Positions 12,920 to 25,159 of a DNA stretch of 64,000 bases are shown here, piece after piece (the stretch's first letter is position 1; each line of letters opens with the position of its first letter). The DNA is taken from the NCBI RefSeq assembly GCF_902652985.1, contig NC_047024.1, positions 25,110,001 through 25,174,000 on the forward strand, in the 5' to 3' direction. The notes beneath the pieces are model-generated. The model did no database searches. It had not been told where the DNA came from and saw only the letters and a list, made by a program, of their open reading frames with translations. The translations under genes were made by a program, and so were the position numbers. Source of the DNA: Pecten maximus. Taxonomy: Eukaryota.

Positions 12920-14473
12920 AAAGGAACAAACTGTTAAATCTGTTTTATCAGTCAAAACGTAGGTCATTTTCGAGGTGATATGATATGTTTGTCATTTGTT
13001 ATCGTTGAGGTCAATGTATTTATGATATTGTGGTCAAAGTTTAAAAAAAAACATGGCATGACTTGAAAATGTAAAAGAAAATTGTTAGTATTGATATTGT
13101 AATAAAAATACTGTGGTAAGTGTTGATATAATTACAGAACTATCGTCGTAAATGTTTTGTATTATTATAAAATGTCTTTTGTAAATTTTGATATTCCAAT
13201 AGAATGACGTGACAAGTGCTGTTATTGTTCTTAAAGACATTTATCAGTTTTATATTGTAATTGAATAAATGTTGTCTTTGTAAGCATTGTACAGGAAAGG
13301 AAGTCCATAACTTAACGATAAAAATGTGATGCATGTATTACAAATCAAATTTATCTTTTGTAATTATTTAGTATAAATGTTACATTGTTTAATATACCAA
13401 TGATACAGTTATATACTCAATAAATTACAGCTTATTATGTTTAAAACAGAAAAAGACATTTTCTTTTATCATTTGGATAGTTTGCTTCCATTCCCGACAC
13501 ATTTTAAAATATGCGTTTTACTAGACATTTTTCATTTTGAGGTAGACATAACGGAACGTGGAGATGGACACCGAGGCAAGTAACAGAAAGGCTATCTCAA
13601 AAGCTTTCAAGAAATACCGATAAAAACATCAATTGTCAAGTAGGTCCATATGTATGGGTACTTGATACAATACGGCGTCAATAATTTTTTTTAAATGACC
13701 CCTGTATTGATCTCCGTCTCAGCGCTCTTCACCAGGTTACCATCTGACGTCACGATCTGATTGAAAGAACTGCACAATTTCCCGGTATAAAACTTTTATT
13801 TGTAATAGTTGGTCCTTTCATAAGCATTTTTAAATGATTGGTTTATTCAAAAACTGTTCAACAAAAATATCAGTACTATAATGCGGTCGACTTATACGCG
13901 TAATAGAATCAAGCATTATTTCACATGGATGTGTTACGTCTACTGATGATTGTCAGAATACTACAATAGATAGACTTTATGTATACATGTGATAACAATA
14001 AATACATAAAATAGGATATGGCAAGGCTATAGTCTATGTAGCAATACTGTGGTATTTTGTCGCTTTCGTTTGTCCTCTTATGATTGAAGTAATATATAAG
14101 CATGCTACTTTTTGTTGCATTCTTATTTTAGCGCATACCTAATTTGAATAAACTAGCGAAATAATAAATTGGTGCATCCAAAATACTTTAAATTGAAATA
14201 AGCACAATCACAAATTATCCGGATGGTATCAGCGTGACACCCGTTAAAATAAGATTATCGCCAAAATATGTATGTTTACAGTAACCGATAGAAAACTAAA
14301 GGAATTCGCAATTATATATATACATAAGATATATACAATGTTTGTTATAACGTAAATTAAGTAATATCACAAAAAATACTATTAATAATATTGTAACCAA
14401 GACATAAGCGATGGTCAAATAAATTTGCCTGATGTGTCAGTCCTATCAATGCTGACATTTTAAAATCTTGAAT

Positions 14474-16220
14474 TTAGTCAACATACCAGTCCATAGGGTG
14501 ATTAGCTACATTGTCACCTCTATGTTGATGTTCACCGATCGTCCAACGTGTCTCCTTCATCTCGCCATTTGTCGTTAGAATCAAAATTCTCCAAAATGGA
14601 ATAAAGTTGGTGTCATTGTCGTCGAATTCCATCAAACGAAAAACCTGAGCTGCAACGTTACCATCGGTACTCACTTCAATGTTATCTGCGGTCACGATGA
14701 GTCTTTCTGTAGCCGATAGTTTAACGATACATCGCAATCTTGATCCGGCTCGAACAGCTTTTGCTAAATCAAGCTTCGATCCTTCAATAGCAGATCCACT
14801 TGTACCAGTACCAAGAACAAGACGCCATTGTCTTGTGTCAACAAACCACTGAGCAGCCGTGGTCGATTTATCATACACCGCCTTCAGGGAGGTACCACGA
14901 TGGTAGAGGTCTGTAAATATATCTCCATTTGTCGATATTCTGACCAGTTTAGATATGACATTGCCTACATTCTGTTGAGTTTCTGTCGATGATACAACCT
15001 GGCTCAGTAGCTGAGCAGTGACAATACCGTTGTTAATGGCAATGTTATCTGCATTCATTGCATAACTGTCAAATACAATTCGAACCCTCCTGCCTTGGTT
15101 TATCATGTCCAGTAGTTCTTGTTTGGAACCAAGAGTTTCATCGCCATTCTTTCCGTGGGAAAAGCTATGAGTCCAACAATAGTCTGCAAACCAATTATTG
15201 TCGCATGTATTTGCAAACGATTGTGTCAAGATTGTACCAGCTCCGATGGACGGACGAGAAACTTCTTTGGAACCAAATGATGATTTCAATACCACAAACC
15301 AGTAGAAAGGACTTGTATACCATTGGCTAAAATCGGAGAGTCCCAGCAATGACCCAACTCTCCAAACAGTTTGAGACGCTATTCCACAACTATCGTCAGT
15401 AAGTTCAATGCGATCAGCAGAATAAATATAATTTGATGTTCCACTTCGGTTTTCCAACATTCTAATGCCCGCGCCCTCCTCTGCAGCCTTGAAAAGGTCA
15501 TACAGGCTACCACAGGTCGAAGATCCGTTGGCATGGTTACAGTACACAGGGTTCACCTGCGAGTCTGTTTGCATCAATGGTCTGTATGATATTTGAATAT
15601 AATTGTAAGTACAATATAACATTGACCGATATCCAGTTCTCTAAACTTTGAATATAAATTGCTGACAGTCTTTCGCTATCTACCCTAATATATAATTTGA
15701 AATTATACGTACTGTTGTATATGTAATTATATACTTACAGATAAGTTTTTATATGAAAATACCGACCGCTCCTAAAATGCCATAACGGAACACATTAAAG
15801 CAGGAATTATCAGAAAATGTGAGATCAACAAATACAGATACCTTTGCCATAGGCATACGTACCTGGTAAACCAAATGGAATGCTTGCCTATTGGCAATGT
15901 AGATGACGGATTTTCTGATTTGCCAAGGTAGACCTTGCCAAAATGTACAAGCCCATGATCGCACACCTTGACAAATTTCCAGTACATATTTGACACAAAA
16001 GTGCCCCAGCTGCTCTTTGATAGAACAAAAAGAGAAGCTGCACAGACGACGCCATCTTTAATCATAATGTCGTCAACCTCTAAGTAAACATCAGGTGGCA
16101 GGTGTATCCTCATGTCATCGCCTCTTATCGCGGCAGACAGCACATCAGCTCTGCTACCGTTAAGAACACTGCCGTCTGCGTCCACCTCGAACAATATTTC
16201 CCATGTTTCACTGCAGTTGG
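14474..16220 (-). CDS. Duplicated 3' exon cassette (exons 3+4) of the secreted four-repeat protein, copy 2; no 5' exons of its own
   Basis: Exon 3 16220-15863 and exon 4 15581-14474; open frame, one G>V change versus copy 1, ends WYVD*. Confidence 0.75.
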
Positions 16221-18404
16221 CTTTAACAAAAATGTTTCGCAGCTGTACAACAATATAAGATGCATTGATAAGCATTAAACAACAAAATTACGTAACATTT
16301 TGTTTCCAATTTCGACCAAAATTGGACAGAATTAAGAATTGATGAATGCTGAAAATGCACTATAGATCCTTTTGTGGTCTTTTTAGCACGTTTAGTCAGA
16401 ATTTAATTTAAATAGCTTATAAGCTGAATTGATTCTGAAAATGTACACAGTGACCCTACCCCTTACTCATCAGGCCTCCTTGTTCATGGAAGTTTCTTGG
16501 TCATTATTTTAAAATATTTGCGACCAAAAGATATGAGACGTAAAAATAGGTCAATGTGACCTACCTTTTCAGTTTTTCAGTTTTTGACATTTCTAAATCC
16601 GATACCTACTTACCAAAAACTACATAAATAAGGGGACTATGGGTCTAATAATGACATCTAGTGATGTTTGACTTCCTTCAGTTTTGAAAAAAAACACCCA
16701 CACAAATACATAAATAAATAGGTGAATAAATAAAATAAAATGAAATAATAAAAAATACCAAATCTCAACGCAATCCAATGGGATGTCTAAGTTCAAGAGC
16801 CCTCGTCTGGAAAAACATATCATTCTCCTTCACCCCCCCCCCCCCCCCCCCCCCCCCCCTCCCCCACCCCCACCCGTTCCCAGGAAGAATCAAGGATTTC
16901 TTCTCTTCTCCTTGACTTCTTCTCAGGGGACAAAGCGGAGATCGCAACTGACCTGTAGCTGCTCCCATGTTCCCAATACCACAATGGATATCTCTTTGGC
17001 TTTTCCTTTCTTTCTTTTCTTCTATTTCTTCTCGGGTTTTGATTGTTATAATTTGTTGGAGTCTCACTGGTCGCTAGTCTTTATTCACGCATTGAACTGC
17101 TGTCAATTGGAAGCTATGAATGCCAGCTGGACAAATGCAAATTTAATGAAGCGCGCTAGCTGCAGTATAAATTCAAATATAAAACCACGAAACAAACATA
17201 CGTTTTGCCACTAAGCTAAAAGTTATCATTTTTGCAGTTGGTGATAGACTTCTCCGAAAGTCCGAACTCGTTAAAACCCTGGACAATGTAGACAATATTT
17301 TGGTGGATATTCTTCAGAAAAGGCGATGTGACCAGGAACATGCGATGGCACTGGATTTCTCCAGACAGCTGAAGGTAAATAGCCAGATATATCTCACGAG
17401 TAGTCTCATCTCATCATATATACACCTCTCAAGATGAGTCTTGCAATATGTCAATCTAAAATGAGGTATATATTATGTTCTATATATAGCTCGAGTTGGG
17501 TGTCTCGAGGTTATACTCTATAAACGAAGTAGGTTGGGGTTGTCGTTACTTGAATTAACCTGTTTGTCCGGACAATTCCCCCTTAAACTAAGTTTAAGGG
17601 GGAATTGTCCGGACAAACAGGTTGATTACTTGTGGCCGATTCCAATGCTATGTTATACATATCAACACTTTACCCTGGAATTGTGCATCTGGACACATTT
17701 CTGTCATTCGGGCCCTTTTTATTGAACTTATGACCAATCATTGACATTCCTTGTCCAAATATTTACAGAAAGTTTAAACATATATAGGTAAACTAGAATG
17801 ACCTGTCGCGTTGACCTTTTTGTGGAATATTCAAAGTGGGTAGTTCCATGATTGCACAGGTGTGTTAACAAAATATATTGATACGGAATACTACTGTGTC
17901 CAGCAGGGTGCTGTTTTGGACCATCCGTTTTTGTTACAATTTTATATTGACAACACAGGGATTGTATCATTTACTTTTGATGCATGGGTAACACATATTC
18001 AAGTAACTATGCGATCAATTGTTCACATGTTAACAGTTTTGTCGCTAAATCTAGACCAGTATAAATACAAATAATGCAGCTGATGATATATTAAAGGTTT
18101 GTTACATTATAAACAACTAACAGATATACATGCATATATACAAAGCACCCATTTCCCCTAAATGACTATAGACCCGTCTGTAACCAATATGCTAATCAAA
18201 GTTCAACACGACAGCTCATTCTGGTCGGACTATACCATGTAATGTTAATAGATTGTGTGTTAAATTGTTTTGATATTTTATTCGGACCTCGTTTTATTTG
18301 ATTAATCTTTGAACCTTTGTTAAAAAATAACTATTTTGTGGTCAATTCCTCCTAAACTACTGCATTTATTTCAACACAATATGATTAGTTTGATCAGTAT
18401 CATA

Positions 18405-20926
18405 CAGTTGGGAGCAAACTAAACTTGGTACCAAGTGCACTTCGTAGTGCACACGTAGTGAACAACGTAGTGCACTAGACTAAACATCGTAGTGCACTTG
18501 AGTTCACTACGATGTTAACTCCAGTGCACTACAATGTTAACTCCAGTGCACTACGATGTTAACTCCAGTGCACTACAATGTTAACCCAAGTGCACTATGA
18601 TGTGCACTTTAGTTCTTGGGTAAATGTTGTTATGAGCTATATGATTGTAGGACAAAACCACCCCGGACATTAGCCCCTCCCCCCCCCCCCCCCCCCCCCG
18701 GACATTAGCCCCTAGGACAAAAGCACCTCCGGACGAAAGCCCCCCCGGGGCTTTTGTCCGTACCTCCACATGATTTGATGTGTTGTATATTAACCTTCAG
18801 ACTCCGTACCTATAATTATGTATACATATTAAGTAATCTCCATTGAAAGCCATCAATTACTTGTTTGATATAAGATAAACAAACAAATTAATTTATTTTC
18901 CTGAAACCTTCACATACAATGTTATAATTATAGTTATATTCATGAAATATAAATTATTAATCAATTAAGGAGTACCTAATTAAATATATATAAGTAATCT
19001 CCATTGAAAGCCATGTTTGTTATAAAATGAGAAATCATTTTAGATTTCATCCATATACTAATTAGCAATACTGCATTTTGATTGTCATTTAAATAATGAA
19101 ACTGAAAATTCAGTGAAAACAAAAACAATTTTGTTTACTGCACTGTGCAGATACAAAATATGAAACAATTGACCAAGCACTGTTTACTATTGTATACTGT
19201 TCACAGAACTGTATTAAGTTGAGTCGCGTTACATAATTATGAAAACAGTTCAAACTGAGTAACAAGTTAATCTCCCTGTGGCTTCTCGGTTGTACCTTGT
19301 TGTGCCCATCTCCCCCACCAAAAAAGAAAGTCAAAGTGAATAATCCTACTTTAAATGTAAGTATTAATAAATGTGCATTCTTATTGATCAATATACGACA
19401 CCCAGCGTTTACCAGGTAAGACATTCTGAACTACGATACAGGTAAAGTATTTTCTTAGTCAGGTGAGACTACAGGTGTGAGAGTAGAACAATAGGGGATA
19501 ATTACAGGTAAGGTCTAACCAAGAGATCAATTTTCACACCTTGGTCTTGTATGGTCCAGGTAAATTCCATGTAAAAGTGGTCAGTCAAATGCAACATTTT
19601 GTAATCAATCATTTCAGCAAAATAATAATGATAAGTAATTAACCTCCATAGACATTTGAAAAAAAAAAATTTCATTTGTTTATAATCTTATAAATATAAT
19701 AATGTTATAAGTAATGAAAAAAGTAATCAAATTATAAACATATTTGTTTTACCTACTATTTTTAAGATCTAGTCGATGCAGACATTCGGTCTAGCATGAC
19801 TGTAACTATAATTTTTGACACTTGGATTTGACCCATACTCTAATACACACAGCTTGGTGACACTTATCAAAACGACAGGTAAACTCAAAAGTTTTTATTT
19901 GGATTTTAAAAACCTTTATAATATTATCTCGAAAGTCTTATTATAAAATTATATAAACTTGCAAACCAGTATTTTTATTTCTCAATAATAATCAATAATT
20001 TTAACGGGGAAACTAATTTATACACTTATTAGGTACATACGATAAAAATTAGATTGGGGACTGATTATATATAATTACATGAGTGTTTAGGGGAGGGGTA
20101 GCCATGCATGACTAGTACAGTACCTGTACAGGTAAACCCTTCATTAAGCTTAATGCCCTTTGGCCATGCCCAGAACAGCTGGACTCCTTGTGCCAGATTC
20201 CTCAGCTGTGTTTTCACACCTTTCAACAAAATAACAATCATAATCCCATTTTGTGTGATTTACCTGGTCTGGAAAGACTTATATACCTGACGGTATACAA
20301 ACTATAACATTTATGTTGCATGTACAATATATAACTCAATGAAGGCAGAATCAATATTGCTTGATGTTGATCGATTTAATTTTAATTCCAAAACTGGTAT
20401 TTTCCATGCTTCCTTAATTATAATTAATCTTAATTTAGTGTAAATGCATGGATGTAATGGGTGGAATTAATGGATGGAATTGATGTAATATGATACCTGT
20501 ATTTTGTCAGTTTTTGTGTATATTCTATTTACCAATACGTGACATGTATTATACTTATATACATGTAATAAACATATCTGAAATAAAAGTAAAATGTACA
20601 CACCATCATGAACACACACAATATACATGGACTAGTCCCTGTATATATATTTTTGAAATTTTGTTTTAATGAAACATTTATATGTTCAAGAGATTATGCA
20701 TTGTATATCAAATACTTTGTATGTATTGACTCGATTGCACTACGATGTGAACTCAAGTGCACTACGATGTTCACTCCAGTGCACTACAGTGTTAACTCTA
20801 GTGCACTACGATGTTAACTCCAGTGCACTACGATGTGAACTCAAGTGCACTACGATGTTAACTGGAGTTAACTTTTGTAGTGCACTGAAGTGCACTAGAC
20901 TACCAAGTTTAGTTTGCTCCCAACTG
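18405..20926. mobile_element. Non-autonomous TIR DNA transposon (Tc1/mariner-type TA target duplication), 2522 bp
   Basis: Perfect 26 bp TIRs CAGTTGGGAGCAAACTAAACTTGGTA / TACCAAGTTTAGTTTGCTCCCAACTG, flanked by TA...TA. The empty site CAGTATCATAGCATG is present in copies 1 and 2. 22 bp subterminal tandem repeats; no transposase ORF. Confidence 0.92.
18647..18763. mobile_element. Small nested TIR element/remnant made of GGACAAAAGCCCC-type repeats
   Basis: GTAGGACAAAACCACCCC ... GGGGCTTTTGTCCGTAC inverted ends with internal GGACATTAGCCCC repeats. Confidence 0.5.
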
Positions 20927-21279
20927 TAGCATGTAGTTGTGTATCTTATTTCCCCCAAAATATTTCATGTTTATGAATCTATCAAGATTACCCCATAATA
21001 TTTGTAACATATTTCCCTTCAAACCTGCTTATAAGTGAAATGAAATGTCACCAAATTTCGTTGCAATGATGACTAGAACGGAGGTTGAGCTGAACCTGGT
21101 TGTTTAAAATGCAGCCGTTCAGATAAACCTGAACATTAGTATGTGGAAGTTTGCACAACAATTTATCAACCACTTGTCATCTGTGCAGTTTAAAGTTTAG
21201 AAGTCATTAAAATGTTGCAGCGTACTTAGAAACTTATCTATTTATGAAAAAAATGTGTTACTTCAAATGAGATCAAACT

Positions 21280-23593
21280 ATGGAAATCCGTATATGGAGA
21301 AGAAGGATGTTTGACCCAAAAGGCCGAAAGCACTATTATCATAATACTGATTTATACCAACAGATAGCTGAGCTGAAGATGATTCTAGTAAGACAACAGA
21401 ACTACATCTAAAGACTTGAGTTACAGAATAAGGAGCTGGACGGAGTCCTTAGAGGGGTTCTCTTCGACCCTGACACAGAGCAGGTAGGTTAAAACATTGG
21501 GTGTAAGCAGGCATTTTCTGGCCTCTCAGTCTGTTATGCGTTAACTTTGCATAAATCCTTCTGTATGAAGCAGAAGACGCTAACTCTTTCTGAACTTCTG
21601 GTCTTATTCTTCCTGTACTATTTTAAGGTTCTCCGTGCAGATCTAGATTTTTTGTTCATGTTTTGCTTTTGCCTTCGTTTTTCCGATTTTGATTTAGAAT
21701 TATTATTTTGTTTTTATGTTGGTATTCTCTGTTATTTTTATTTTATTAATTAAGCAATTAGTCTATCGAACGAATATATGCTTTAATGTTAATTATTCGA
21801 CAATACTTTTATGATTTAATAAAACTATATTTAGATGTGCAATTCGCTTCTGTGTTATTCTTCAATCTTTTAACAAACAAGCGTGTTCTCAACTAGAAGG
21901 TTATATGCTTTACCAATGCCCAGGCTTTGCCACATCGCTCATTCATGGCCATGAAATAATATTTCATATATAACCCTATGAAATTGGTCGGTTTCAGTTC
22001 AGCGGCAATTACTTTGTGCGAAACGCTGTACAAAGCGGTGAGGGGTTCAGCACTATGGCAGATATATTACACTGTGACAACGCCAGTTACCTCCCCGGCA
22101 AGTCAACAGACCCAGACATGGTTGGCTCACAGACGTTTGACATCGGTAAGTGTTTAAGTGCATTTATTTGTGTAAAACATTGGTTAATGCTACTCTCTCG
22201 CTAATGTGAGGATTCAATCAGACTAATAACACAACAAATGTTTAATTTTTGTTGATACTAAAATATCGTAAACATTTACTTTTTTCAACATCATTGCCCA
22301 AATGGCTGTTATTGTGTTTGTTAAACGTCCTCACCACAGCCAGTCATATAAGGAAGAGGCATGGCTGGCTGTAACTTCGTGACTAACTGCTATAGATGCT
22401 TTCACACGAATATTTTGTTTTAATTAATTTAAAAAAAAAGAAAAGAAAAAAAAATGAAAATTGAAAGCTTTGGGTGTAAGCAGACATTTATCTGGCGTCT
22501 GTTGAGGCGTTCTTTGCATAAAATCCTTCTGTATTAAGTAGAAGCCGCAAACTCTTCCTGAACGCCTGGTCTTATTCCTGCACTATTTCAAGGATCTCCG
22601 TGCTGACCTAGATTTTGTTATATTTTGTTTTCAATTTCTACGTTCAAACACACTGCTTTTTAATAATAAACGTATCAATGTTATTCCTATTACTATCTTT
22701 GAAATACAGATCATCATGGTACACTACGTCATGAAGATCTGACTGGTCGGTCAGGGGTCATGTTCAGATGACCAACCATTCATAACTGGAAATATTTTGC
22801 CAGAATCTGCTTCCCTCGGAAAGCTCATGGCTTGTCCCCACTGAATAGATAATATCCGAGTGTCCCGAATGTCAACCAAACTAAAATGGCTGCGCCCATC
22901 GCCAGCCACTTCTCGTCCAAAACGATATGGTTTAGTGGACAAAGTATGCGTAGTTTTCTGGATTTTCCATTGTTGTAACGAACAATGCCCCGGAAGGAAA
23001 GGAAGAACTTCAAGAAGCAAAACAACAAATAGACCAGAGGCTAATTATTTTTTCAAAACTGTTTCGATAGCCTGTTTTATTTGCACACACTGCCGAACAG
23101 GCATATTAGAGACGCTTTTTGATTGGCTAAAATATACCTTTGTACGGTAAGCATTGAGGTCAACTGAACATGACCCTTACCGGCCAACGTCAGATCTTCA
23201 TAACGTTGTGTATAATAATGATCTGTATGTCAAGTAGCATGTTTTTATCGTTAATTAACCAAGGTTATATATTATTGTTCTGTCTTAGGGTCGAAAGCTC
23301 AACGTCTGTCTGCCGAGAGAGAGGTGATTTTTGATCCTAAAATGCTGAAGTACATGTGCCAAGAAACTCTAGCGGCCATTAATTCTGACATCGCCGAGAT
23401 AGGCTCTGGTGAAAAGGTCAAACATGGACATGACCCGGAAATAATTCAAGTACTTGATGGCGAGGCCAGGGATCTCAATAACTCGGGGGATGAGATAGCC
23501 AGCAAAGCGATAGTGACAAAAGTGGAACCAACAGAAACAGTAACGGATCCCGTCCTCGACATCAACGGGAACATTAATCTGTCATTGATCTAG
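21280..23593 (+). pseudogene. Orphan 3-exon coiled-coil gene, copy 3, nonsense allele
   Basis: Exons 21280-21483, 21998-22145 and 23289-23593; CAA>TAA at 21409-21411 (codon 44). Confidence 0.6.
22699..23233. mobile_element. Same MITE-like element, copy 3
   Basis: Duplicated with the unit; same TIRs, 9 bp longer internally. Confidence 0.8.
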
Positions 23594-25159
23594 AAAGGAA
23601 CAAACTGTTAAATCTGTTTTATCAGTCAAAACGTAGGTCATTTTCGAGGTGATATGATATGTTTGTCATTTGTTATCGTTGAGGTCAATGTATTTATGAT
23701 ATTGTGGTCAAAGTTTAAAAAAAAACATGGCATGACTTGAAAATGTAAAAGAAAATTGTTAGTATTGATATTGTAATAAAAATACTGTGGTAAGTGTTGA
23801 TATAATTACAGAACTATCGTCGTAAATGTTTTGTATTATTATAAAATGTCTTTTGTAAATTTTGATATTCCAATAGAATGACGTGACAAGTGCTGTTATT
23901 GTTCTTAAAGACATTTATCAGTTTTATATTGTAATTGAATAAATGTTGTCTTTGTAAGCATTTTACAGGAAAGGAAGTCCATAACTTAACGATAAAAATG
24001 TGATGCATGTATTACAAATCAAATTTATCTTTTGTAATTATTTAGTATAAATGTTACATTGTTTAATATACCAATGATACAGTTATATACTCAATAAATT
24101 ACAGCTTATTATGTTTAAAACAGAAAAAGACATTTTCTTTTATCATTTGGATAGTTTGCTTCCATTCCCGACACATTTTAAAATATGCGTTTTACTAGAC
24201 ATTTTTCATTTTGAGGTAGACATAACGGAACGTGGAGATGGACACCGAGGCAAGTAACAGAAAGGCTATCTCAAAAGCTTTCAAGAAATACCGATAAAAA
24301 CATCAATTGTCAAGTAGGTCCATATGTATGGGTACTTGATACAATACGGCGTCAATAATTTTTTTTAAATGACCACTGTATTGATCTCCGTCTCAGCGCT
24401 CTTCACCAGGTTACCATCTGAAGTCACGATCTGATTGAAAGAACTGCACAATTTCCCGGTATAAAACTTGTATTTGTAATAGTTGGTCCTTTCATAAGCA
24501 TTTTTAAATGATTGGTTTATTCAAAAACTGTTCACCAAAAATATCAGTACTATAATGCGGTCGACTTATACGCGTAATAGAATCAAGTATTATTTCACAT
24601 GGATGTGCTACGTCTACTGATGATTGTCAGAATACTACAATAGATAGACTTTATGTATACATGTGATAACAATAAATACATAAAATAGGATATGGCAAGG
24701 CTATAGTCTATGTAGCAATACTGTGGTATTTTGTCGCTTTCGTTTGTCCTCTTATGATTGAAGTAATATATAAGCATGCTACTTTTTGTTGCATTCTTAT
24801 TTTAGCGCATACCTAATTTGAATAAACTAGCGAAATAATAAATTGGTGCATCCAAAATACTTTAAATTGAAATAAGCACAATCACAAATTATCCGGATGA
24901 TATCAGCGTCACACCCGTTAAAATAAGATTATCGCCAAAATATGTATGTTTACAGTAACCGATAGAAAACTAAATGAATTCGCAATTATATATATACATA
25001 AGATATATACAATGTTTGTTATAACGTAAATTAAGTAATATCACAAAAAATACTATTAATAATATTGTAACCAAGACATAAGCGATGGTCAAATAAATTT
25101 GCCTGATGTGTCAGTCCTATCAATGCTGGCATTTTAAATTCTTGAATTTAGTCAACATA

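Larger units (their letters stand above)
8631..16835. repeat. Tandem segmental duplication, copy 2 of 3
   Basis: Near-identical to 460-8630; both of its junctions lie in poly-C tracts (8626-8662, 16831-16878). Confidence 0.95.

Noticed and set aside
16783-17214. 143-aa polyproline ORF
   Set aside because: Produced by the poly-C junction tract; the frame is not preserved at the other junction.
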